This document shows, in pieces, positions 14,874 through 25,174 of a stretch of DNA of 38,317 nt. The stretch is taken from positions 1-38,317 of IMG/VR virus record IMGVR_UViG_3300009285_000031, one strand, 5' to 3'. The first letter of the stretch is position 1. Each line of letters begins with the position of its first letter. The notes under the pieces were generated by a model, which had not been told where the DNA came from, did no database searches, and worked only from the letters and a program-made list of their open reading frames with translations. The DNA is from a virus. The translations under genes were made by a program, and so were the position numbers.

Positions 14874-16823
14874 TTATTTTCTGTTTAAAAGCCCGGCGAT
14901 CCCGAGTCCGGCCCCTGCCGCCGCTCCGGTCCCGGCTGTAAGACCGACGGTGTGAAACATCTGCGCCGGGGACTTCGGAACTGAAATTTCCTTTTCCACT
15001 TCGGAACGAGACAGGAAGTTTCCTCTCTTGTCAATATATCCTATGTGCCCGGTCGGAATTGAAAACGTGTCGTTGAAATATTCCTGTTTCAACCGATCTT
15101 GAATCTCCGGTGTTTCACCTTTCAGAATCGCGTCTCGGTGCCCCCGGAATCCACCGGTATAAATCTTACCGGTCGCCGGATCGCGGATCGCTGTTGTCCC
15201 GACGAACTGCTCCGCAGCATCTCCGATACCACCGACGCTCCCGGCCTGCCCTTTGAAAACTTCCTGCGATGGCCTGATTTTTACTACATGTGTGCTTCCG
15301 TCAGGGGTGTTGTACCAAAGAAAACCATCCTGAACGCTATTCGAAAAACTCCTGCGCGTTCCCACCATGTCGATGTTTTGAATTCCTCCGTGGCGTTCGG
15401 CAGCGTCGGCTATCGCCTGTATGGTCTGCGGGGAAAGCTCCTGTTGAGCGGCTCCTCCGACTGCGCCACGTTCGTTTTTCAACAGGTCTGCGATTCCGCT
15501 GTTTCCAACCGGGTTTCTTCCCTGCAACGATTTTCCGGTTTTCATAAGAAGCGCCGGACCGCGCCCCTGCTCCGCAAGTTTTTTGAGAAGAAGGACTCCG
15601 CCGGTTCCTGCCAAAACTTCAGGGCTTTGTAATGCCGCAGCCCCCATTGTCCCGGAGCCGCCGACAAGCATGTTCGACATCGAGAAAATCTTATTCGGGT
15701 TTACTGTCCTCGATGCCGCATCAGACGCGGCGTTGGAAATATCGATCAGCTCTTTTGCCTGCTTGTTCAAGTCTGCGGCCTCGGGAGAAATTTCCCGGAT
15801 TTTATTCACCGCCGAATGATAAAGCTCTTTTCTGATCGACCGGTCGAGGTTGTCTGCTTCGCTTACCGCCGGACCTGTTTTAAACAGGTTCCCGTCCGGG
15901 TCGAGTTTCCGCTTGAAATCGATTATCGCGTCGATGCCCTGCGGACCGGTCCCGGCCATCCCTCGATTTGTAGCTCCGGCGATGATGTTGTCGATTACTG
16001 CCTGTGCCTGACCCTCTTTGCCGACAGCGGCGATGTCGTCGAGCTTATCCATGGCGTCCATAATGATGTCGTCTACAAACTGCCCCTGCGGAGCCGCAGG
16101 AGACTGCGCGATGCCTGCAAGTATTTCGTCTGCTTTACCCACCCGCCCGGTCGCCATCATAGAAGCGTTATCCGCCATTTTCGAGAAATTCCCGGTCAAT
16201 GATTCAAGATTGTATTTCGAGATGTTTTTGAGGATGTTCTGCTTCTTGAGATCGAGCCGTCCGCCGTACCCTTTTTGTGCAATCGCTTTCGGTATTTTCA
16301 TTTGCCCGCCGAGAGCAGAGATTCCGGCCTGCTCAATACCTCTTCCGGCGGCCCCTGCAGCCTTCGAGGCAACGGCAGGCACCTTCGCGGCGACCCCCGC
16401 CGCCGGGATGAGCGTAGAGGCCGTCCCTGCGATCGAGGCGAGGTTCTTAAATTCTTCCGGAGCGCGTTTCTCTGTAAAATTTAATGCGGTTCCGATCGCC
16501 CCGGCAGTTCCAGGCATTGCTTTAGCAAACCCCTTCCCGGCCAGTTCTGCCAGCTCTTTCACACCGGGTACGTTTGCGGGGTACGCCATCATGGATTTTC
16601 CGGCACCGGCGGCCGTGGAAAGAAGACGGTTGATGCCGGTCCCGCTTTTCTGCTGACTGGCGATAGTTTCACCGGCGGCCTTTTCGATGTCGGCCTGAAC
16701 CCGTTGACCGTACCTTTGCTTTGTTTCACGTGGAACTGTCGGCGTCGGATTTGCCTGTCCGGACATCGCCTCAAGCTCTTCGAGTTCGAGCAGTTCGAGT
16801 TCTTCGGATTCGGTGAGTGGCAT
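14874..16823 (-). CDS. Large Gly/Ala-rich virion protein (putative internal or ejection protein) with a C-terminal hydrophobic segment.
   Basis: 649-aa ORF with an acidic N-terminus. It ends in GLTAGTGAAAGAGLGIAGLL and lies in the distal structural block. Confidence 0.4.
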   Translation of the reverse strand: MPLTESEELELLELEELEAMSGQANPTPTVPRETKQRYGQRVQADIEKAAGETIASQQKSGTGINRLLSTAAGAGKSMMAYPANVPGVKELAELAGKGFAKAMPGTAGAIGTALNFTEKRAPEEFKNLASIAGTASTLIPAAGVAAKVPAVASKAAGAAGRGIEQAGISALGGQMKIPKAIAQKGYGGRLDLKKQNILKNISKYNLESLTGNFSKMADNASMMATGRVGKADEILAGIAQSPAAPQGQFVDDIIMDAMDKLDDIAAVGKEGQAQAVIDNIIAGATNRGMAGTGPQGIDAIIDFKRKLDPDGNLFKTGPAVSEADNLDRSIRKELYHSAVNKIREISPEAADLNKQAKELIDISNAASDAASRTVNPNKIFSMSNMLVGGSGTMGAAALQSPEVLAGTGGVLLLKKLAEQGRGPALLMKTGKSLQGRNPVGNSGIADLLKNERGAVGGAAQQELSPQTIQAIADAAERHGGIQNIDMVGTRRSFSNSVQDGFLWYNTPDGSTHVVKIRPSQEVFKGQAGSVGGIGDAAEQFVGTTAIRDPATGKIYTGGFRGHRDAILKGETPEIQDRLKQEYFNDTFSIPTGHIGYIDKRGNFLSRSEVEKEISVPKSPAQMFHTVGLTAGTGAAAGAGLGIAGLLNRK

Positions 16824-16825
16824 TT

Positions 16826-17815
16826 TTACCTCAATGTTCCTGCGGCTTTTTTGGCCCTCAATTCCTCAAGGCGTTTCTTTTTCGCGGCGTCGAGTCCTCC
16901 CGCTGCAGGCTCCCCGGATGGCGCAGGCGCAGGAGTCTCTCCGCCGCCGCCGCTGATAAACGTCTGAAGTCTCGACAATTCCCTGTCAAACGCCTCCGGC
17001 TTCCCGGCCAAGTCTAGGGCGCTGCTGGCGTCAGAGATGATTTTTATATCCTTGTCGCTCATTGGACCTTTCAAATACTTGAGATTATCTAGGGTGGCGA
17101 GGCTTTTAAGCTTGTTTACCTGCTTTTTAAAATCACGGGATTCTGTCGGCAGGAATGATGTCACCTGACCGGCAGCGACTCCGCTGTATTTTCCAGGGTG
17201 GTTTTTAACGATCTCAATCTGCGTGATGAGGTTGTTTTTCAGTTCGGCTTTCCCGGTTTCGTCGGCTTCGGCTTTTTTCTCCACCTTCTCCTTCCCGGCG
17301 GCTATCTTGCTTCCCGCAATTTCTTCAGCCGATTCTATCCGCTGCCCAGCGACTTTTTCCGTAGAAGATAGCCGCGCCGCAAGCAATTCACGCGCCAGGT
17401 CCGGTTTTCCTTTTTCGATGAGGAACTGCACGCCCTTTTCAGGCCCGGCGTTTTTAAGCATCAGCTTCTCTGTCGGTGTCAGGTCGGGTAGCTGGTCAAC
17501 TCCGGCTCGCCACTCGTCGGAGAAGCCTTTCTCGCGGGTATACTGCTCCTCTTCCCTCTCCCCGGACCGCAATTGAGATCCGGCGACCTTCTCTTTCAAA
17601 GCCCGGTCCATCGCCGCAAGCTTCCGGTCCTCTTCGTCCATACTCGACTTCTTCGCCCTGTCCTCCTGCTGCTGGAAAACCTGCTCGGCCCCCATGGCGG
17701 TATTTCCTGGGGATGCGCCACGTGTTGCTATCGTCTCTGCAACGCCGAGTATCGGAAGGCCGTACCGGCGGAAAGCCTCGAACATCCGTTTCGATTTTTC
17801 GTCAGGATCGTTCAT
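16826..17815 (-). CDS. Coiled-coil-rich virion-associated hypothetical protein.
   Basis: 329-aa ORF, K/E-rich and translationally coupled to its neighbours. Confidence 0.4.
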   Translation of the reverse strand: MNDPDEKSKRMFEAFRRYGLPILGVAETIATRGASPGNTAMGAEQVFQQQEDRAKKSSMDEEDRKLAAMDRALKEKVAGSQLRSGEREEEQYTREKGFSDEWRAGVDQLPDLTPTEKLMLKNAGPEKGVQFLIEKGKPDLARELLAARLSSTEKVAGQRIESAEEIAGSKIAAGKEKVEKKAEADETGKAELKNNLITQIEIVKNHPGKYSGVAAGQVTSFLPTESRDFKKQVNKLKSLATLDNLKYLKGPMSDKDIKIISDASSALDLAGKPEAFDRELSRLQTFISGGGGETPAPAPSGEPAAGGLDAAKKKRLEELRAKKAAGTLR

Positions 17816-18195
17816 GTAATATACCCCTGCTGCGTTCTGCGTGGTATTCTCGATGTCGTTGTTCCGCCGCCTGTCTGGGTGGTCGGGTACATGCGGTCTG
17901 CCTCATACTGTGCCGCTCCCTGCATTCCAACCTGCCCGACGCCTTGCAAGATGTCGCTCCATGCGGTGTTCGGAGCGGTCGGCTGTTTTACGTTGGGGTT
18001 GACGTACGGCTCTCCTTCGGTACCAAGAGAGCGCGCCATAGCCTGCCGGAGCGCCAGCCGCTCCTGCTTTTCCTTCTCCTCTTCCGCTGCCTTTTCCTGC
18101 TCTCGCTGGCTTTTTGCCTTTGATGCTGCAGACGCCCCACCGCCTACAAGGCTGGCAAGGGCCGCAAGCCCCATAATAATTGTACCTGGGTCCAT
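17812..18195 (-). CDS. Hypothetical protein with an N-terminal transmembrane segment.
   Basis: The start IIMGLAALASLVGGGASAA is followed by a charged region. Confidence 0.4.
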   Translation of the reverse strand: MDPGTIIMGLAALASLVGGGASAASKAKSQREQEKAAEEEKEKQERLALRQAMARSLGTEGEPYVNPNVKQPTAPNTAWSDILQGVGQVGMQGAAQYEADRMYPTTQTGGGTTTSRIPRRTQQGYIT

Positions 18196-18196
18196 G

Positions 18197-19291
18197 TTAT
18201 CCTCCCTGTCCGTAAAGAGCGGACGGATTTATTAAGTCGTCAAATTCTTTCCAGATCGCCGTGATATCGTCTTTCAATTCAGGAGCCTCGGCAAGGGTGA
18301 GAACAATTTGATTTCTCAAAGTTGTCTGGTCAGAGATATATTTCTGCATATCCTCGTATCCTCGACCAGACTTGCCCATTTCATACGAGTCTTTTTCAAG
18401 TTGGGTAAGGTTTGTGGTGTCAACAGGCGTGTTGCTCACCCCGTACTGATACATCAGATCGGTTCTGGTTTTTACAGCCGCCTGATTCGTTTCGAGCGTG
18501 TCCTGCAGCTCCATCCGCCCGCGAGTAAGAAGATCTTGATACCCGGAAAGTGAAAGCTGAAATTCGCGTGCTTCCCTGTTTTCGGCCGATACCTCTTCCC
18601 GTTCAAGCGCTCCTTGCCTCTCCTGCCATGCCCGCTCCCGATCCGCATCGGCAAAGCCCGCTTCCTTCGACCAGTAGTCGAAATCAAGTTTTGATTGCGC
18701 CTGGGCCGCCGCGTCATCGATTTGCAGTTGTCTTTGGTTCGACTCTTCGAGCGACAGGCCGTACTCTCTCACGTTCTGCAATTTCTGTTCTGCAAACTGA
18801 TCTTCCGAAAGGCCCATTCTACGGGCTTCCGCCTGCTCTTCAGCCGTCAACCTTCGCTCTGTCAACCTGTTGACCTCTGCGTTTTGGGACGCTTGCCAGG
18901 TTTGAGTCCCTTCCCTTTCCCCGGTCTGGAACTTGCGCTCTTCGGCCGCCTGTCCACCGGCGAACTCTTGAGACCCTACCCGCTCTCCGGTCTGCCACGT
19001 CCGCGCCCGCTCGGCCTCCGCACGCTGCTCTTCGGCTCCGGCTTCGGCGATGTCGATGCCTCCAAGGCGCTGACGCTCTCCCTCTCTCGCTTCGATATCG
19101 GCTTTATTGGTCTGGGCTTCGGCAAACCCGGTACCACCGGCGAAGCCGCGACCGGCGAGGCTGCGCTGCATCGCTTCCTGTTGCAGCTTTCGGTTTTTCG
19201 CTTCCTCGTCGCGCACTCGTTGGCGCTGAAGATCGTACTGGTTATTCTGCGGGGCCGCAGGCGCTCCGTTGACGGTAGTGGTGGCCATCAA
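18197..19291 (-). CDS. Q/E/R-rich low-complexity virion protein (putative internal protein).
   Basis: 364-aa ORF with recurring (W/F)QTGER motifs. Confidence 0.4.
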   Translation of the reverse strand: MMATTTVNGAPAAPQNNQYDLQRQRVRDEEAKNRKLQQEAMQRSLAGRGFAGGTGFAEAQTNKADIEAREGERQRLGGIDIAEAGAEEQRAEAERARTWQTGERVGSQEFAGGQAAEERKFQTGEREGTQTWQASQNAEVNRLTERRLTAEEQAEARRMGLSEDQFAEQKLQNVREYGLSLEESNQRQLQIDDAAAQAQSKLDFDYWSKEAGFADADRERAWQERQGALEREEVSAENREAREFQLSLSGYQDLLTRGRMELQDTLETNQAAVKTRTDLMYQYGVSNTPVDTTNLTQLEKDSYEMGKSGRGYEDMQKYISDQTTLRNQIVLTLAEAPELKDDITAIWKEFDDLINPSALYGQGG

Positions 19292-19830
19292 TACCCCCTC
19301 TGCATCATACGGCGTAGAGCGGCCTGTTCCTGGTCGTATGGAGTGATTTTTTTCTGCAGTCCCGCACCGGTCGTACTTCTGCCGGTGATGTCGCGCTCAG
19401 ATTGAATATTGCTCGATGACGGCCTCGTCGGCATGCTCAAATTGTAATCGTATTCCGGGATCTGCGGAGTTTCGACGCTGCGTCGCATCGAATCGATTAT
19501 TCGCTGTTGTTCTATTTCTGATCCTTGTTGAGGTTGAGCCTGTCCGTACGTTTGAACCGTTTTTAACGGATTGATTGAAATAGGGGCCGCCGGCGGCTTT
19601 GCAGCGGCTATTTTTTCTTCTTCTTTTTTCGTTTCTTTATATTCGTCGTATTTTTTCTGACTTTGAATGAATTCTTTTCCCCCGGTCCATTCGGAAATAT
19701 CTTTTTCGTCTGTTTCTACCCATTGAGCCGGTAAATTACCCACATCTAAATCAGATGTAGCAAGGTCGTTGGGCGGGGATTGCCAGATGTACCATTTCCC
19801 GTTTTCGTACTTAAACCTGTTTTCAGCCAT
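19288..19830 (-). CDS. Hypothetical protein.
   Basis: 180-aa ORF coupled into the operon. Confidence 0.45.
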   Translation of the reverse strand: MAENRFKYENGKWYIWQSPPNDLATSDLDVGNLPAQWVETDEKDISEWTGGKEFIQSQKKYDEYKETKKEEEKIAAAKPPAAPISINPLKTVQTYGQAQPQQGSEIEQQRIIDSMRRSVETPQIPEYDYNLSMPTRPSSSNIQSERDITGRSTTGAGLQKKITPYDQEQAALRRMMQRGY

Positions 19831-19831
19831 C

Positions 19832-21646
19832 TTACCTCACCCCTCTCAAAGTGTAATGCATCGATATTTTGTAAAGCTTGAAATATTGCCCGACGGCATT
19901 CGTGGAGAACTTGAGCTGAATCGACCGGCTTACAACGTTTATCGGTACCCGAAAAACCTTCTGACCTGCAGTCGATCCCCACTTGTCAACTCCCCAGATG
20001 AATGTCCCCCACAACGATCCGTCGTTGCTCACGTCGGCGTTGAAACTACCTATTGTATCGGTGTGATAATCGGTGTTCCACGAGACTTCAACGTTCCAAC
20101 TTCCCGACACGTCGAGGGTTACGAGCGCGTACCGCCACACCTTCCAGTTGTCCCGGTGCTCATCGAGTCCGTGAATGTGCATCGTTTTGAAATACGAATC
20201 AATTGCGGCCCCGTTGTCGTCGTGCCCGTAATCGAGCCTGTGGATATACCCTGAATAATCTGACCCGTAAATCGTTCCGGCGAGGTTACAAAAGTCCTTT
20301 ATCGCCATACCGGTAAATCGCGACCATGCGCCAACCCCGACGGCATCTTTTCCCCTGACGAAATCGTATTGATAAATTCGATTATTCGTCGTTCCGGAAA
20401 GGTAAGGAACTGAGACCCATACCTTGTTTTTATACGTGATCGCCGTAGTGTTTTTGAGATAGGCCAGTACCCAGCTTTCAACGTCCGGCTCGACAGGATA
20501 AGTAAGGGCGGTCGAGTTCATCACGCCCATCTGAACCTGGCTTAAATCGTATACGCCGCCCTTGTTGAGCATCATGAGGAATGTTGAAAACCGGCACATT
20601 ACCTGAGGGCTGACCGATCCGTAAGAAAGATCGAGTTCTATCAGCGACCAGTTTGCCGGTGTGGAGTCCGGCATGTAAAGAACGAATACCTTTCCATTGC
20701 CGAACCCGTCTTCTTTTGCTATGACGAGTCCGTCGTTGTAAATCGCAAGTCCTCGGATCGTATACCCGTCACCGTCTCCTACACGGATATAATCCGACGG
20801 GTCCCACGCTTCCGGAGAGTTGATCTCGGAGTAATACAGGTTCGTCGTCGCCTCAGTCGCCCCGAACATGTACCCGCCATGGTACAGAAAGATGTTGATT
20901 GCCGGAGGGGTCTTCGACACGATGGCCGTATCTCTCGCCGTGGTAAGGGTGGCGTGAACGTCGCTCACCGAAACTCCGGCCGTAACCGTGTCGAGAAGGT
21001 AGTCATCACGGTAAACTGAAACGTAATTTATTCCGTGAGATACCGGGATCGCGTCGAAGGCGATGTTTACAGGAGAGCAGGTGTTCGTTATCGTGAACGT
21101 CTTCACCGGCGAGGCCGCGCTTTCGACGTTCGTCGAATTTATGAAAGCGAACCTATAAGAGTAGTCTACAACTCCGGCCGACCCGGCAAGGGTGCTGTTT
21201 CCGGAAACTATCGCCGATGCTGCTGCCGTCCCAGGGGTCGCCACTCCCCACACCGTAAAATCGGTGCCATCGTATTTGTACTTCGATGTCCCGTTGCTCA
21301 TGAAGGCGTAGTTTTGAGCATTTTCAGAATGAATGCGAACCCCGGCAGAGAATACGTCGGTCGAGCCGGTGATCGCCACAAGTGCGGTTCCGGACAATTC
21401 ATAAACGGTGCTGTACGCTGCAAGCAAAACCGATCCGGAATTCGACCGGTATGTATGGATCATATCGAGCGCTCCGGACGCGGCGTTTGAATTTACTTTC
21501 GCGTACCCGTTTCTTGTCCCGACGGCTCCAACGTCATCAAAAACGACGTTCTGCAGGTCAGGAGACTCGTTAGGCTCCCCTTGCAGCGCCGATATTTTAT
21601 TATTCAGGCCGCCGTCGAACTTGTTTATAACGAAACTGTATTTCAT
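19832..21646 (-). CDS. Putative tail (tubular or nozzle-like) protein.
   Basis: 604-aa ORF directly downstream of the adaptor-like gene. The N-terminus is INKFDGGLNNKISALQGEPNESPDLQNVVFDDVGAVGTRNGY. The call rests on position and general resemblance only. Confidence 0.4.
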   Translation of the reverse strand: MKYSFVINKFDGGLNNKISALQGEPNESPDLQNVVFDDVGAVGTRNGYAKVNSNAASGALDMIHTYRSNSGSVLLAAYSTVYELSGTALVAITGSTDVFSAGVRIHSENAQNYAFMSNGTSKYKYDGTDFTVWGVATPGTAAASAIVSGNSTLAGSAGVVDYSYRFAFINSTNVESAASPVKTFTITNTCSPVNIAFDAIPVSHGINYVSVYRDDYLLDTVTAGVSVSDVHATLTTARDTAIVSKTPPAINIFLYHGGYMFGATEATTNLYYSEINSPEAWDPSDYIRVGDGDGYTIRGLAIYNDGLVIAKEDGFGNGKVFVLYMPDSTPANWSLIELDLSYGSVSPQVMCRFSTFLMMLNKGGVYDLSQVQMGVMNSTALTYPVEPDVESWVLAYLKNTTAITYKNKVWVSVPYLSGTTNNRIYQYDFVRGKDAVGVGAWSRFTGMAIKDFCNLAGTIYGSDYSGYIHRLDYGHDDNGAAIDSYFKTMHIHGLDEHRDNWKVWRYALVTLDVSGSWNVEVSWNTDYHTDTIGSFNADVSNDGSLWGTFIWGVDKWGSTAGQKVFRVPINVVSRSIQLKFSTNAVGQYFKLYKISMHYTLRGVR

Positions 21647-22281
21647 TCACCCGTCTCCATCGGATCGTATTCGTTTACAACAGAATACATGTTTCTGTCT
21701 CGTCGCTGCTGCCAATCATGCTCGATGTCTTTCAGTCCTTCGTTCCATTCGTTTTTGAACGCGATCGCGGTTTCTTTCATTTCCTGATCCTTGAGGAACA
21801 TTCTCCATAGCGCGAAATCGGCGATATGCTGACCGTAGTCCTCCGGGATCGACCACCCCGTCGAAGCGGTGGTAACGGCGTCTGGATATCCTCGATACAT
21901 CGTTTTGAGGGTTTTCGCCGATGCCGGTATTGGAGAAAGATTTATCTCCTCCCCATACACATAATAATATCTCGGATTTCCTGTTGTGGTAACTCCGCCG
22001 TACGCCTCACCCTCTATTTTACCAATATCGTTGTGGTTTACACACTTCAACGAGACTTCGTCCCATGTGGCCCTGGTTATCACACCTGCGGGGGCAGAGT
22101 ACCCTCCGCGAACCCCGATGGAGGTTGTCGTCGTATGTGATTTTTCAATGAGGCCGATCTTTTTCGCGATTATTGATTCACCCATACTCATGTACTGGTA
22201 AATTTCGGCCTCACCCCAGAACGTGGTTTCAGACTCGTCGCACTGGTTGCGTATCAGCGTGTAAACATCTGATGGCGTCAT
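21643..22281 (-). CDS. Putative head-tail adaptor or connector protein.
   Basis: 212-aa ORF between the head-proximal genes and the tail protein. The call is positional. Confidence 0.35.
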   Translation of the reverse strand: MTPSDVYTLIRNQCDESETTFWGEAEIYQYMSMGESIIAKKIGLIEKSHTTTTSIGVRGGYSAPAGVITRATWDEVSLKCVNHNDIGKIEGEAYGGVTTTGNPRYYYVYGEEINLSPIPASAKTLKTMYRGYPDAVTTASTGWSIPEDYGQHIADFALWRMFLKDQEMKETAIAFKNEWNEGLKDIEHDWQQRRDRNMYSVVNEYDPMETGE

Positions 22282-22634
22282 TATTCGTCCCTTTTTGTTT
22301 TATCTATTATTTCTCTGGACACCGTTTTCGACGCGAACTTTTTCAGGTACTCGTCAAGTTCTTCCTGCGTGTCGAATTCAGCCCCGTCGAGATTGCAGAT
22401 GAACTTTCCTTCCGGAGCCTCCTCTTTCCCGCTCGCTTCGATCGGTTCTATTACCAGCATTTTCGGAACCGGCTTCCCGTCTTTTCCCGCCGGACTCATT
22501 CGCCCGAGAAACTCGATCGCGTCCCTCCGCTGCATCGTAATGCTCTTCCAGGCTGGAATTTTTACCGGGTTATCCCGATACGTGTCAATGTAGTCAACCG
22601 TTCCAACGTTTACCACTTTAACCATCTGTGCCAT
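22281..22634 (-). CDS. Hypothetical protein.
   Basis: 117-aa ORF with RBS GGAGGAGG upstream on the minus strand. Confidence 0.5.
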   Translation of the reverse strand: MAQMVKVVNVGTVDYIDTYRDNPVKIPAWKSITMQRRDAIEFLGRMSPAGKDGKPVPKMLVIEPIEASGKEEAPEGKFICNLDGAEFDTQEELDEYLKKFASKTVSREIIDKTKRDE

Positions 22635-22696
22635 ACTTTCCTCCTCCGTAAAAGTTATTTATTCCGCATCGGTGTGCCGATTCCGTGCGGATGTAA

Positions 22697-23041
22697 TCAA
22701 TAATAGCAATGCACCACCGCTGCAAACGCCGCGGCGGTAGCCGTGTTCAAAGACAGGCAAACCTTGATATACGGGAGCAGGTTCATGTCCGCACTCACCG
22801 TAATGTTTCCCGTAGTTGCCGACGCGATCGAACTCACGTCGTTTATCGCTAGAGTCCTGAACGTCCCATCAGAAGCGTCGGACCCTTTCAGGTAAACCGT
22901 CACCGTCGAAGACGCAAGGCCGATTGACGCGGTTGGCAATTCCACCGAAACGAACTTAAACGACGCGACGTTTATCGCGCTGCTTTCGCTGTATCCGTCT
23001 GCTATTGTCGCCGCTATTTTCTGCATGTACCTTTCAGGCAT
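22697..23041 (-). CDS. Small Ser/Thr/Ala-rich structural-module protein.
   Basis: 114-aa ORF coupled to the upstream fibre gene. Confidence 0.45.
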   Translation of the reverse strand: MPERYMQKIAATIADGYSESSAINVASFKFVSVELPTASIGLASSTVTVYLKGSDASDGTFRTLAINDVSSIASATTGNITVSADMNLLPYIKVCLSLNTATAAAFAAVVHCYY

Positions 23042-23042
23042 T

Positions 23043-24599
23043 TTAATCTCCTTTAAAAACTTTATAAATGAAACTTCTTTTTCTTGATGCCGATACCGTC
23101 GGAAACGTCCAGTTGGTATTTCCGCCCCAGTTCAGGCTCGTTCCGTCGTTTGCGGTGATTTCAGCAGACGCCGCGCTATCCTGCGGGTTTTGATAAGTCA
23201 GTGTAATTATTCCAGGGATCGACAGATTGAAGGCAGTCCCAAGAATAGTTGATCTCCACTGCGTCAAAGCGCCGGCCGACCCATTCAGGTTTGTGTCGGT
23301 AACGTTTGACAATGTAAGCGTTCCGCCTGCGAGTACGGTGATTGTCCTCGATGTCGCCTTGGTCATTATCAACCTGTAGAGGGTGGTGCTTACAGAAAAT
23401 GAAGCATCCCCGGAACATGTTGTTGAAAAATTACCAGTTAAAGTTCCTTCCGTTACTGTAAAATCGTGAACGCTTAAAGCATCGGCAAGCGTAATGGTTT
23501 TTCCTGATGCATTAATAATAAGATCATAAAACAGTTTTGCATTGCTTGTTATTGTTGAAGTATTTGTAATGGTTACTTTTGATGTTCCGGGATCAATTGT
23601 ATGGTTACTTCCAAACGTCCAGTTGCCAGAACATGTCCATTGTGACGATTGAAAATTTTCAGATATCGTACAAGATGCATTGTATACAGAACCTGCAAAA
23701 GACGTAACCGAAAAAGTTCCTGAACTATAATCAAGTGTAACATTATTAGTTGTGGTAAACGCTCCGGATCTGAATGATCCACAAATTATATTTTGTCCGT
23801 TAAAGTCAAATGTTCCAGTACTGTTTGCATTTGCAACGGCAATGTCTAAATTTGCTGTACCTGCATTTATTGCGCCTGTTAATTGAAATGTCCATCCTGT
23901 TTTCGACGCGCCTGATTCAACTAATATTAATGGAGTATTTGTTGTTGTTATCGATGGAAGGGTTACAGTAATTGAATTTTCACCAACTTGAAAATTAATT
24001 GCTTGTGATCCAGATATGGCATATCCGCTTCCCAACGATGTAAATGCCGATGGTCCGGTTAAAACAAATTTAAGCGTTTTATTGTTTACCAAAGAAGAAG
24101 ATGCACCCATAATAAAAGGGGTGGTTACGTTTGAATATACACTTGCAGCATTGCCATTATTAGCGATCTTGGCATTTACACCTAAAATCAACATTTTAAA
24201 CGCGCACCCTTTATCGTCGTCAATCACCATCGCGGTCGTACCGTTCATCGTTACGACACAACTTGTTGCCGTTACCGTTCCGACTCCTGAGCCAACATGA
24301 AAAGTGGCCGAAGCGCCGCTCATGGTGATTCCGTTGCCTAAATTCAATGTCCCGATCCCATCGAAAGACACGTTGCCGTTTGCGCACGTAATCGAATACC
24401 CTGAAAACGTCATGTTGCCCGAATAGGTGGCTGCAACCGTAACGCTGTTCACGCTCAAGCTTTCTGTCGCAGTGGCATTCACGACAGACGTGTTATCAAA
24501 AACCAGGTCGTCTGTTGTAAGAAATGCTCCGGACCCGCTATAGTTGGCCACATCGTTTAAGTCGGTTGATGCTGCGCTTGACCATGTTCGTGTCGCCAT
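23043..24599 (-). CDS. Ser/Thr/Asn/Gly-rich fibre or spike protein (beta-helix-like composition).
   Basis: 518-aa ORF with repetitive short beta-strand-like segments (TVTATSCVVTMNGTT, ITVTLPSITTTNT). The central part is visibly AT-rich. Confidence 0.5.
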   Translation of the reverse strand: MATRTWSSAASTDLNDVANYSGSGAFLTTDDLVFDNTSVVNATATESLSVNSVTVAATYSGNMTFSGYSITCANGNVSFDGIGTLNLGNGITMSGASATFHVGSGVGTVTATSCVVTMNGTTAMVIDDDKGCAFKMLILGVNAKIANNGNAASVYSNVTTPFIMGASSSLVNNKTLKFVLTGPSAFTSLGSGYAISGSQAINFQVGENSITVTLPSITTTNTPLILVESGASKTGWTFQLTGAINAGTANLDIAVANANSTGTFDFNGQNIICGSFRSGAFTTTNNVTLDYSSGTFSVTSFAGSVYNASCTISENFQSSQWTCSGNWTFGSNHTIDPGTSKVTITNTSTITSNAKLFYDLIINASGKTITLADALSVHDFTVTEGTLTGNFSTTCSGDASFSVSTTLYRLIMTKATSRTITVLAGGTLTLSNVTDTNLNGSAGALTQWRSTILGTAFNLSIPGIITLTYQNPQDSAASAEITANDGTSLNWGGNTNWTFPTVSASRKRSFIYKVFKGD

Positions 24600-24602
24600 A
24601 AG

Positions 24603-25169
24603 TTACTCTTTCCAAGAAATAATATTTCCGGGAGTACCCCAAGGATACGTCGCCTGGAATACCCAGGTTTCGCTGTAGCATCCAGTTCCGGTAATACCGT
24701 CACCGACAACGTGTTGGCCCTGAACATGCCCGTAGACCGGCGTACCTATCGTTATGTCAATCTTCTCTGCAAACAACAAATCCCGCTCTGTTGCAAAGTA
24801 GTTTAGCACATGCGTCAGAAGATTGTCAGACTCGGATGCGAAGGGCCGATAATACGATTTGTAATTATCGAGAACAGTTCTTCCTGATCCGGCAATTGAA
24901 TATGACGATGCATTGTCTCGATCATATATACATCCTACTTCAAGAATGGCAAAATCATTAGAAAGGCTCGTTTGTGCCTTTACAAGAAAATATCCGTACA
25001 CGACGCCCGCAGCCTGGGAATCGGGAACTCCGATCACCTCACGGATATACGGTAGATTTCCGGCACCTATTGCAGCCGCCATATTAGGGCGACAGACTTT
25101 TACGGACCCGGAGATATCTCCCTGGTAATCAGTTTCAATTCCTTGCGCAAGATCAATTAATGTGGACAT
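24603..25169 (-). CDS. Hypothetical structural-module protein.
   Basis: 188-aa ORF. Confidence 0.45.
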   Translation of the reverse strand: MSTLIDLAQGIETDYQGDISGSVKVCRPNMAAAIGAGNLPYIREVIGVPDSQAAGVVYGYFLVKAQTSLSNDFAILEVGCIYDRDNASSYSIAGSGRTVLDNYKSYYRPFASESDNLLTHVLNYFATERDLLFAEKIDITIGTPVYGHVQGQHVVGDGITGTGCYSETWVFQATYPWGTPGNIISWKE

Positions 25170-25174
25170 TGTTT

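Noticed and set aside
15099-19405. Several long plus-strand ORFs (for example 16018..16656, 17476..18123, 17573..18235 and 18695..19405) opposite the structural operon.
   Set aside because: They are Arg/Pro/Ser-rich translations typical of antisense frames in GC-rich coding DNA. They overlap one another and the tightly coupled minus-strand genes.
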